From contig RDEW01000028.1 in NCBI GenBank assembly GCA_011109175.1, forward strand, positions 277,000 to 340,999: a DNA stretch of 64,000 nt, in the 5' to 3' direction. Positions within the stretch are counted from its first letter, which is position 1. The number at the start of each line of letters is the position of its first letter. Origin of the DNA: Dicyema japonicum. Its lineage: Eukaryota > Animalia > Dicyemida. This document shows positions 1 to 10,325 of the stretch, one piece after another. The notes beneath the pieces are model-generated. The model was not told the DNA's origin. It was given only the letters and a program-made list of their open reading frames with translations, and ran no database searches. The translations under genes were made by a program, and so were the position numbers.

Positions 1-1313
1 GATATGAGTGTCTGAGTGTTACAGAATCTTCAAAGTCCCTAATAATGCCTGAGACAATGCGACACAATACTGAAGGCATTCGTAAAAAAGCAGCGTTATT
101 ATGTAAGACGTCTCTATATGTAAGGAATTTGTTCCTAGCATTAAATGAGTATGTTGTCTCGCTGCTAAGTTACTACATAGGTGTTGTGAAGTATGAGTCA
201 AGAGAGTATGATGAGATGGATGTTATGTTTCGTGGAGTACTTAGAAAAAAACATGTCTATCTGCTGACAGCCAATAAGGTGAGACTATATTTATTCTGTC
301 ATATATTCGGCCGTGGAGTGTGTAGAGTAGTCCAAATAAGTGAGCGTATCCTAATGCGAATACCGACACCCTGATAGCTGAGTCAAGTGTGTGCTAGGAA
401 GAACCCCATAATAACGACCGAGAAAACACGGGCAACTCACCTAGGCACTATGAGATTTTTTTTGTCTGCTAAGTATTGTGCTGATGATGGTGGGCTAGTA
501 AATGTGAAGACGTTGATCGAATTACAATATATTATTTGATGGAAAAGATCAACTTAAAAAGTCTTCTTAAGGTCTTTTTCAGAGCATTGGACAACCAACA
601 TGTCGACCTTAAGTCGTCGACAATATGGCCAAAATTCAGTAACAACTTACCTCGATGTAGGTGCTGTACACGTATGTGATGACCGCAATATCATTTGGGT
701 CGATCAACAAATACATGTCCCCATTGTAAGTCAAGGAGCATGTCCGTTGATCATTTAGCTACTCGGTGCGAATCCATGCTCTGCCAAGACTAGGTGTGGA
801 GGCATAACGTGGTAGTAAAGAGTCTTCATCTACTATGCAATAATTATGGTATTCGCCACACCAGAATGTTGCGGATCTAAGGTGCAATCTGTAGTAGAGA
901 ACACCAGGGTACAAATTAAGGTAGACGGTGTTATCCTTACCTCGGTGCTAGTCAAGCACAATAAATAAGTCAAGCACAAAAATACACAATAAGGAGTCTG
1001 GCCAAGTCCTTATCATAGAGGTAGGCATTACGTCTCAAGACCGTTTGCAGACTGGAAACAAAATGTGGCAGATGCTTGGTTGAAAGGTCCTCGTTACTCC
1101 AATAGTAATAATGTGGGAAAAAATTGCAACAAAGTACCACAGGGGTTATCTGATGCAGTTGGGGTAGATACGAAACTCCAGGCCTATCTAGAGTCAACTG
1201 TATTAAAGCGGATCCTAGAGAGCCTGATACTGGAGTATAGGAAACAGAGTCCGAAGATGCCAGATGGCCAGAGGGTTCAATTCGACAGAAGGTTGTTGAT
1301 TATTAATTATTAA
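1..1313 (+). mobile_element. Degraded R4/Dong-like RLE non-LTR retrotransposon, 3' part (RT thumb, CCHC knuckle, RLE)
   Basis: NLFLALNEYVVSLLSYYIG...RLYL..GRG in ORF 45-374. CPHCK...VDHLATRC...RHN in a broken frame at ~715-810. Many stops and frameshifts. Confidence 0.7.
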
Positions 1314-1369
1314 CTTTTTATTTTTGGTTAAATAAAGTGGAAATTTAATTAATAAAGGAATAACAGTTA

Positions 1370-1750
1370 TGAACGCTATCAACACGCCGGGTTTACACTC
1401 CTTCTGGAGCCCGTAGATTTTTACAGAGGTAATGGCAAAATCCCGGATGGCGTAACAATCATGCCATGGAGCCAAGTGAGGTGTCTTGATTGGGATTCAA
1501 CGTGAACAGACGCTTTATCTAATGGGAATTTGCTTAAGTCATCGTTACACGCGTGTTCCACAAAGATTTGAAAAAGAGGAAATACCACGTCATCGTGTAC
1601 CAGTTCAATTTCCATCCGACCTCTGTTGAAACGTCTGGCGTTATTGGCCTTAGAACGTCTGAGTTTATCAGGTTAACCGACTGCTTTCGTGGAAGCGGAT
1701 GGGGAACCTAGAATGTCATGATGGTTTCGCTTTTCTATGTTCCTATAGCC
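1370..1750 (+). mobile_element. Degraded CRE-clade RLE fragment
   Basis: Manual translation LEPVDFYRGNGKIPDGVTIMPWSQVRCLDWD...VETSG matches the EP/RPDG/WD/VETSG motifs of the more intact copies in this window. Confidence 0.65.
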
Positions 1751-1851
1751 ATTGGTTGTAAGTGATGACTCTAAGGTAATTCCTAAAGATTGTATGATTA
1801 GGTTATTAGGTTACTCGGTTAATCGAGTAGATCACTTGTAAGATAATCTAT

Positions 1852-2178
1852 TTATTTATTTATTCACCCCGAATAGACCGAGAAAGAAGTTAAATTAAAC
1901 AACTAATAAAGTGTATCCAGTTTCCACTTTTACAGAAACAGAGTCCATCCGGAATCAGCATAAAAGATAAGACGTCCATTGCATGTAGTTGTGGAAACCC
2001 TACCAGTTGAGTGAAGAAGAGCAAATGATCCTTTTTCGTCCGGCCTGGCACTTGGCGTCACCTAGACAGGTGGATCACTCCACTCTAATTGGAAAAGAGA
2101 GGAGGAACAGACAAACAAACAGAAAACTTCAACCTACTAGCCACGCAGCATCACATGACGCCACGCGGCTATTCTTTG
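1852..2178 (-). mobile_element. SINE-like family A, apparently full-length copy with 12-bp TSD
   Basis: Flanked by direct repeat AAGATAATCTAT (1840-1851 and 2179-2190). (AAAT)n tail on the minus strand. Homologous copies at ~22130-22352, 38015-38345, 51170-51497 and 59860-60110. Confidence 0.75.
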
Positions 2179-2542
2179 AAGATAATCTATGATTGGCGCG
2201 TCCTTTAGAGTTTTCCATAGCAGCAATGTGAGATTCTGTTTCGAGAATCTCGATAATATTCTGGAGACCTAGTTGATTATTATTTCAATAACTATCAGTT
2301 TGTTCGAACATATTCATTTATTAACATCCCAAAGCCACGGTAAAACCATTATCACATGATCCTGATTCCTTCCATTAGAGATCTCATCTTTGCCCGGTGA
2401 TCCTCCTGGGTGCCCGCGCGTGATCTTTCAGGGACACTGATTGAAAGTCTCATAAAAACCTCCAGAAGACATAAATAAAATGATAAAAATATTTGTTAAA
2501 TTCAAATATTAAATAAATATTTAGAATACTATTATATGGTTT

Positions 2543-3326
2543 ATGAAGGAATACACATTTTTCCGTAATAATATGTATTTTATTAGGCCTAATTATGTTC
2601 TCGTTTATCCTAATATGCATCTTCCACCAATTTTATTTGATAATCCCCACCATAAATTATGGAATATACCTACAGTTAACCCTTATGTTTATATTGGCAC
2701 AATTCTCCATAAATATGCTCATTGTTTTAAATTTGGACTCTTCTCATGGTAATTATGGTACTTTAGTTTACAGGTAAGATCACAGTGCCCACGTGGGTCT
2801 CGCTTAAACATTGCTACATCTGCAACAAGCAGGTCCTAAAGGAGTCCTCGCATTGCTTTGAATGCAAGCGATGTGTTATCAATCGCGCCTACCACAGTGC
2901 TATTTTCTCTACGTGCAACGGTTTTTAAAACTACAGAAAATTTTTTATATTTTCCTTTATTCTTTCATTTTATTTACCTTTATGTCATCAACGTGTCTGC
3001 ATTATATGTTCACTTACGGAATGACCAGCCATGGATTTATTGCTGTGATCTCTTTGATCTTTCCGGCAATTTCATGGTTTGTTGGTTTTGAAAAGTCTTT
3101 ATTTGATTGTCTTTTGGCAAACTTTACTTTGATGCTTTTCTGGATTTCAATGTGGGCATTTGTTCTTGAAACTGTCCAAATTACTACTGGCTGGAACCCT
3201 TTGAACAAGAGAAGAGTTAAGGTGAGCGTGGATATTTGGTTTTATTTGGGAGTTTATCTTCCATTCTACGATGGTGTTAAGAATCATCCAGATTATATAT
3301 TTCAGTCTTCTACCACTGACATTTGA
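2543..3326 (+). pseudogene. ZDHHC (ZDHHC22/24-like) palmitoyltransferase-family gene, disrupted, with DHHC replaced by AYHS
   Basis: Splicing GT-AG introns 2565-2586 and 2749-2773 gives two TM segments, then HCYICNKQVLKESSHCFECKRCVINRAYHSAIFSTCNGF*NYRKFF. In-frame TAA at 2926 and a 1-nt frameshift near 2950 precede further TM segments. Confidence 0.7.
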
Positions 3327-4295
3327 TTTTTTCACCTCTTTATTTAATAGTACTTGTTGATTTTTTTGATAAGATATGGATCCTCGTAAGGGGGTCGAAT
3401 GTTTTTTAAATTATTAACTTAGCTGTAGTCGGGACCATTAGTAAAAGTCCTGCAAAAAAATGCTGCGCGTCCGCGTCAGATCCAGGGAGCCCAGGATTAG
3501 TAAGAAGATTGCGAACTGTACGAAAAGAACTGTATCTAGAATAAAAATGGAGACTAGACAAGGATTTGATTCAATTTCCGGATATTTAATTAAAATACAG
3601 TAAACCCTCATTAATCCGAACAAAAAAAATTGGATTTCTTTTCGATTGTGGGTAATAAATATTAATTAATTATTTTAATTATTTAACACCCAAGACCATG
3701 GTAAAACCAAAACTAACTATCACGTGATCCCGATGCGCTCCGATTTAATAATTTCATTGTAATTAATATATATGTTTTCATTTATCAGAAGATAATGTAA
3801 TAAATTATTTAAAAAAAAAACTTATTTTTTATTTAATTATGTCCGTATTACTCTGCAAGACTGAGAGAAGGCTCTTCCGGAAAGTAGTGGGGACGATGGA
3901 AGATCACAGACGTCGAATGGCACAAGTGATTGCGAGGACTGGGATCACCTAACTGTTTGACTCTATTACAGAGATTTTAAACATCAAAAATCAATTTTAG
4001 AAAAATAATCAGTTAATATATCCCCAGTTTTCTTTTTTACTTCTTACATTTTTCATAAAATTAAGTCAAAAATCGTAAAATTCTTTGAGCATTTCAGGAG
4101 ATATGTAAAAAATTTTCTTCTCTAACTGATCAAGAGAATCTTGCGTTTCTCTTAGAATTGTTTCCATGTTATCGTTTTCTAAACCTTCGTTGTAAATATT
4201 ATCAACGAATTCGTCACTTTTCCCATTCAATGTTTCGTTTACGGCATTGTTGATCATTTCTTTTGTAATGGTATCTTCAATTTTTACGGAATCAC

Positions 4296-4784
4296 NNNNN
4301 NNNNNNNNNNNNNNNNNNNNNNNNNNNNNNNNNNNNNNNNNNNNNNNNNNNNNNNNNNNNNNNNNNNNNNNNNNNNNNNNNNNNNNNNNNNNNNNNNNNN
4401 NNNNNNNNNNNNNNNNNNNNNNNNNNNNNNNNNNNNNNNNNNNNNNNNNNNNNNNNNNNNNNNNNNNNNNNNNNNNNNNNNNNNNNNNNNNNNNNNNNNN
4501 NNNNNNNNNNNNNNNNNNNNNNNNNNNNNNNNNNNNNNNNNNNNNNNNNNNNNNNNNNNNNNNNNNNNNNNNNNNNNNNNNNNNNNNNNNNNNNNNNNNN
4601 NNNNNNNNNNNNNNNNNNNNNNNNNNNNNNNNNNNNNNNNNNNNNNNNNNNNNNNNNNNNNNNNNNNNNNNNNNNNNNNNNNNNNNNNNNNNNNNNNNNN
4701 NNNNNNNNNNNNNNNNNNNNNNNNNNNNNNNNNNNNNNNNNNNNNNNNNNNNNNNNNNNNNNNNNNNNNNNNNNNNNNNNNNNN
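4296..4784. other. Assembly gap (489 N)
   Basis: Run of N. Confidence 1.
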
Positions 4785-5050
4785 GAAGCACGCCATAATA
4801 ACGACCGAGAAAACACGGGCAACCCACCTAGGCACTATCAGACCTTTTTTGTCTGCTAAGTATGGTGTTGATGATGGTGGGCTAGTAAATGTGAAGGCGT
4901 TGATCGAATTACAATATAATAATTTGATGGAAAAGATCAACTTAAAAAGCCTTCATAAGGTCCTCTTCAGAGCATTGGACAACCCACATGTCGACCTTAA
5001 GAAGTATCTACAAGACTCCATTCGGAGGATACAAGAACTTCAAAGATAGA
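4785..5050 (+). mobile_element. R4/Dong-like LINE fragment, near copy of 405-612
   Basis: Direct nucleotide similarity (ccataataacgaccgagaaaacacgggcaac...catgtcgaccttaag). Confidence 0.7.
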
Positions 5051-5054
5051 GTAT

Positions 5055-5450
5055 CTGTGATGTTAGGCGCAAATATGTCTGGAAATCATAAATTAAAGCC
5101 TTTATTGATTGGAAAATCAAAAATGTCAAGGTGTTTCAAAAAATATGATTATTGATGTTCTGCTTCGTATTACAGAGTCAAAAGAACATGATGACCAGAA
5201 TTATTTTTATTGACTAGATGATAAACTTCGATAACCTTTTGAGGGCAGAGAAGTCAATTTTGCTCCTTATAGATAATTGTCCTTTTCATTGCTTGCCATC
5301 GAATGTGGAAAATATTAAAATAATGTTCTTTCCTAAAAATGCTACAGGAATAATTCAGCCAATGGATTTGGGGATTATTAGAACATTCAAAGTCCACTTT
5401 AATTGATAAAAATTGGAGTATTTTACTTGACTATTGGTGATAGTGAGATA
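5055..5450 (+). mobile_element. Tigger/pogo DDE-1 transposase fragment; probable C-terminal remnant continues at ~8390-8560
   Basis: ILLLIDNCPFH...IKIMFFPKNATGIIQPMDLGIIRTFK is the DDE-1 signature. Confidence 0.8.
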
Positions 5451-5597
5451 CTCATTCATGAAGAAACTATTGAAATGAAATTCCTAAACAAGAATGAAAT
5501 TTTATTTATAACAATAAAATCGTTTATAACAATAAAATTCAAAACGTGGTGTGTGGTGGTGTGGTGTAATTGAGAAAAAGAAGTAACCAGAAGCGAT

Positions 5598-8390
5598 ATG
5601 CACAAGATCGACAAAAGAGAAGAGCTTTGTGAATTTTGCAATAAAATTAACAAAAGAAAGCGGCTGATATGTTGTGTCGTTTGTTCGTCGTTTTTTCACA
5701 TGTCATGTGTTGGAATGACCAAAAAAGCCCTTACCACCATTACCAACTGGTGTTGCCAGGCATGCCTCCTTCCTGGGACGAAAGCACCATCGACTCCACC
5801 TAATTCACCTGAACGAATACCAATAGATTACCAGAAAACCCTTGAATCAATTGCAAACCTGGCATCTACACGAAGGATCATGATCAAAATTCCAAAAGCA
5901 GCCCGTGTTCCTGCCGCCGACTGTTTACACGATTGTATTGAAAGGGCAATTTCTTCGACTGACCCAGTTGATTGGACACGATTATTCTACTTTGCACCAT
6001 ACACGCTATGTATGCCCTGTCAGAAGAGGAAAGATCAGGAATCGCTCACGTCTATTGTAAAGGAAAATATTTGCTTGTTTTCTTCTGGAAATTTGTTCAG
6101 TGACTCCCGAGAATATACCTTCAAGCCCTCAAACCACGAGAACCATGCCTCAGAAACACAAAGATTGAGAAGAGCGATACATCGCAAACTATCTGAAGGT
6201 GGAGTCCGGGCCGCCGTGAGGACTCTAGAAGAGCATAACCGTCTAATTGAGCCAACTGAACACTCCTACGATGCACTGGTTGAACGACATCCTGGTCCGC
6301 CAGTGGACGAGCAGATCCCTACTTGCTCTGGAGAATTACCTAGTCTGATTATTTCTGAGGGGGACGTGAAAGATGCGATCCTCTCATTCGCCCCGAGCAG
6401 CAGTGGCGGACTCGACGGACTCCGTCCAGGACACCTAAAAGACTTAATTGATCAGAATACGGGGAACTCTGGTGTTCGGCTATTATCGGCTATAACGAGG
6501 TTAATCAACAGAATGCTTTCCGGAAGATTACCAGAAGCAATCCGTCATATTATGTTTTCCGCCAAGTTAATTGCCTTTGATAAATGTGGAGGAGGAATTC
6601 GTCCTATTGCTGTTGGGTTTGTTTTTCGTCGACTGGCTTCTAAACTTGCTAGCAGAGCAATCCTTCCGATGCTTGTCAAACAACTGCGACCAACCCAAGT
6701 AGGGGTCGGTACTCCTGGTGGATGTGAGGCGGCGGTTCATGCCGTTCGGATGTTTACTGGAAACAGAACGAACATGCCTTGTGTGGTCCTCAAGATTGAC
6801 ATAAAAAACGCCTTTAATACCATACGGCGCGATGTAATTTTGGAAGATTGTCTTACCCATTACCCGTCTATATATAATTATGTTCATTGTTCGTATGGAA
6901 AACCGTCCAGTCTTGTACATGGGAAATACTTCATTCCCTCGTCATGTGGGGTTCAACAAGGAGACCCACTAGGACCGGCATTGTTCTGCCTCGGTGTCGA
7001 CCGTGTCATGAGATGCCTTACTACTCCGCTGAACGTGTGGTATTTGGATGATTGCACCCTGGGAGGTCATCCTAACAATGTATATGACTGTCTACAGAGA
7101 TTACAAACACAATTGGATACGCTTGGTTTAAAGCTAAACGCAGCCAAATGCGAAATTGTTAATTATGGATTCTCCCGATATGAATGGAATCGGATCCTAT
7201 TACAGTTTCGGGGGATTATTCCTAAAATATCGGAAATCAAGCCGGATCATTTGGAAATACTTGGATGCCCTCTGGCTGAAACTGGAATTAACGACACTCT
7301 GTTGGCTAAAGAACAGAAACTAAGAAAAACTTTTTTACGCCTTGGGATGCTGGATGCACATACCTCTCTTTTTCTCATGAAAAACGCTTTATCCACGCAG
7401 AAATTAAATTACGTCCTTCGAGGGCTCCATGTTACCTGAAAATGCAACAACTCGGGGCGATTGACTCCCTATTCCGGTCTACAACCGAACGTATTACTAA
7501 TGTCGAATTCGACGAACAAGGATGGGAACAAGCAACCTTGCCCGTTCGCTTTGGTGGACTCGGAATTCTCTCACCATCTGATTTGGCACACCCGGCATAT
7601 CAATCCTCATTGGACTCCAATCAGAATTTGATCATGATGATTCTCCAGCTCCCATCAGAGTCGTCAAAGATCGAAGATTTGGTACACCCTAAAGTCAAAC
7701 AACTCGGGCAGAGAGACCTTTATGAGTCTGTTTGCGAGGATAAATACGAGAGGCTTTTGAAAATATCTAACCAACACCGACGAGCCTGTCTTTTAACTGC
7801 AAGATGCGAGTGGAGCGGGGCTTGGATCAATGCCCTACCAATTGGAAACGTGGGAACTCACCTAGACGATGAAACGGTCCGCACCGGAGTCTCCATCAGA
7901 CTTGGATTGAAAGTTTGTCAACCCCATGAGTGCCGATGCGGCCGGAAGGTCGACTGCTATGGACATCATGCCCTTTCTTGTCGAAAAAGCGCAGGTCGAT
8001 TCGCTAGACACAAGGCTATAAATGAAGTGGTGAAGCGCGCCCTCGAGTTGGCGGGATACCCATCCATTCTAGAGCCAACGGGCTTGAGTAGGGATGATGG
8101 GAAGCGACCCGATGGAATTACTGTCTTCCCCTTCTCTCGGGGCAAATGCTTAATTTGGGATGCTGCCTGTACTGACAGCTTTTCCCAGTCGAAACTTTTG
8201 AGGTCGGCAATGAAAGCGGGAGAGGCTGCCCGTTTATATGAAAACTCGAAGATAAAGAAATACAGCAGCCTCATAAACCGTTTTCATATACAGCCAGTGG
8301 TCGTCGAGACGAGCGGAGTCTTGGCCCCAAGACGGTCTCTTTCCTTAGAGCACTTGGGTGTCTATTGACCAAAGCTCGAGGGAGCGTCGA
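5598..8390 (+). mobile_element. CRE-clade non-LTR retrotransposon: PHD finger + RT + CCHC + RLE; frameshifted and 3'-truncated
   Basis: C4HC3 PHD near the N-terminus. RT motifs IRPIAVG, KIDIKNAFN, VQQGDPLGP, WYLDD. RLE motifs CRCG..D..GHHALSC, RH, EP, RPDG, WD, VETSG. Frameshifts at ~7430 and ~8325. Confidence 0.9.
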
Positions 8391-8749
8391 GAATGAAATA
8401 GTATCCAAGTTAAGCGAAATTGAAAAAGATCTTCTTGAGAACGTTAAAAAATGAAGAGGATGTCGTCATTATACATCTATTAGAGGATTTAAAGCAAATA
8501 TTCAAAATATCAAAAAGAAGCAAACGTGAATTGAATTTTTATTTCGATAGAATTTAATAGTTAATTTTTTTTAAATAAATTTTGTTTTCATAGTAAAATC
8601 AAATTTAGTTATTTTCATCGACGAAAAATTTCCCAATAACTATGTCTAAACTGAATATTGAAGATGCTATTTTTATGTGGAGTTCCAAGATTGTGGCGCA
8701 GAGAATTGTCAAACAATCTTGAATGGGAGACACCGCACGGGGGTAAAAC

Positions 8750-8975
8750 AATCAAATTTAGATTTTTTTAAACTGCTTATTTAAGCACTCTTTTTACAAA
8801 TGCAATGATAAAATACTTATTTCAAGTCTCCTAAGCACATGCGGGAGAAGAATCAGCAGAACACCATAGCAGCCGGTTAACTGAATTGAGAACACATGCC
8901 CAACAATTCCGGGCTGTGGAGGTCCCAGAAGAGACTCAGCGTCGTTTATCAAATAATCGAAGCTCGCGGCAGTCT
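8750..8975. repeat. Unclassified short interspersed repeat D (second copy ~12551-12750)
   Basis: Shared blocks aactgcttatttaa..ctttttacaaatg..aaaatacttatttcaa and ggtcccagaagagactcagcgtcgttt.tcaaataatcgaagctcgcg. Confidence 0.7.
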
Positions 8976-9029
8976 CTCTGCAGGAGCTAGACAGTGTGCA
9001 CACGGAGCATCTTCAATCAAGTAACAACA

Positions 9030-10095
9030 TGACACCACGCGGCCATAGAATTAAAAGTAAGCATCCATAAAGATTCCAGAAAAATTAATCATTGATGCAT
9101 GATCTACATTAGTAATCGATGAAATTAGCAATTGATCTCTTCGCTACGGAGGAATCGGAATACGCTCACAACTAGAACTCGCTCTCCCGGTCTTACTTTC
9201 TTCGACATATGCTTCTAGGTGGTCTCATACGCCAGATCCTACGCTAAATTAACGGATCGGACGCTGAACCAGTGGTATGCATGGCTCGGGAAGTCTGGAC
9301 GCGACTGGGTGTTGGATTCCAGAAGAACGCTAATAAACATCGAGAATGGGACAAGCTTTTATGCTCAAAGATCATAGAAGAGATCAAACCTATACTTGAT
9401 CAGCATCGTCTTGCTTCTGCATCGACGAACGAGAGTGGACCCTGGCTCAGAGCATTACCATGTACCTCACTTGGGACACTACTGGATGACGACGTGACAA
9501 GGATTGGGGTTTCCGTCCACCTCGGAATAGATGTTTGCATGATCCATCGATATAGATGTGGAGGAATGGTCGACGCGAAAGGTCTTCACGCTCTCTCCTG
9601 CCGGAGGAGTGGTGGAAGGAGTCTTAGACACGCCGTAATCAATGGAGTCATTGCTTGGGGACTTGAAACTGCAGGATTTCCAGTCCAATTGGAGCCGTTT
9701 GGACTTGATCAAGCCAACCGAAGACCGGATGGAACCACTCTCTTCCTATGGGAGAGTGGTAAATACCCTTGTCTGGGACGCCATCTGTGTCGATAGTCTC
9801 TCTCCCTCCAACCTCTCAACAACAGCAACTGACCCAGGCTCAGCTTCGGAGAAGGCTGAGACCCTAAAGATAAAAAATACGGTGTCTTGAAGGACAATTC
9901 ATCTTCGAACAAGTGGTAGTCGAAACGACAGGAATAATTGGAAGCAGGTCTAGACGCTGCTAAACAAGATCGGCTCGCTCATCGCGAAGAAAAAAACGAT
10001 AGGAGAGAAAGGAGCTGACTCATTGAGCGCATTTCCTTGAAAATCGTAAGGGGAAATACGTTTTCAATTATGAGAGCAGCCAGCAGTCGCTAACT
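9030..10095 (+). mobile_element. CRE-clade 3' fragment (RLE region)
   Basis: SGPWLRALP..LGTLLDD, RCGGMVDAKGLHALSC, EP..RPDG, LVWDAIC, VETTG, RGN. Confidence 0.85.
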
Positions 10096-10325
10096 GATAG
10101 TTTTTTGTGTTCTAATTAATAAAAATCTATTGTTTCAAAAAAATTGATGAAAATTCTTGTACTTATTAAGCTCAATGTTGTACGTGGCACGATAACTCGC
10201 GGATAAATGAACAGATTTTAATAAAAAAAAGTTTTGAGCAAATAAAAAAAAATTCCGAAAAAGTGAGTGAACCAGATATGAAGACTTTGAGTTTCTGAAA
10301 ATTTCGATCAATATCATTCTGTCAA

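Noticed and set aside
2020-2085. Hammerhead ribozyme call for the family-A three-way junction (stem-GAAA topology)
   Set aside because: No CUGANGA core or UH site, and GAAA is not conserved in the 59970 copy.
2926-2928. TAA reassigned to a sense codon (ciliate-like code)
   Set aside because: ANKRD45, WDR36, AMPK and RPS24 all terminate with TAA at the expected positions.
4066-4940. Long ORFs spanning the N run
   Set aside because: Artefacts of translating the gap. The acidic 4066-4295 peptide may be a transposase C-terminus but has no diagnostic motif.
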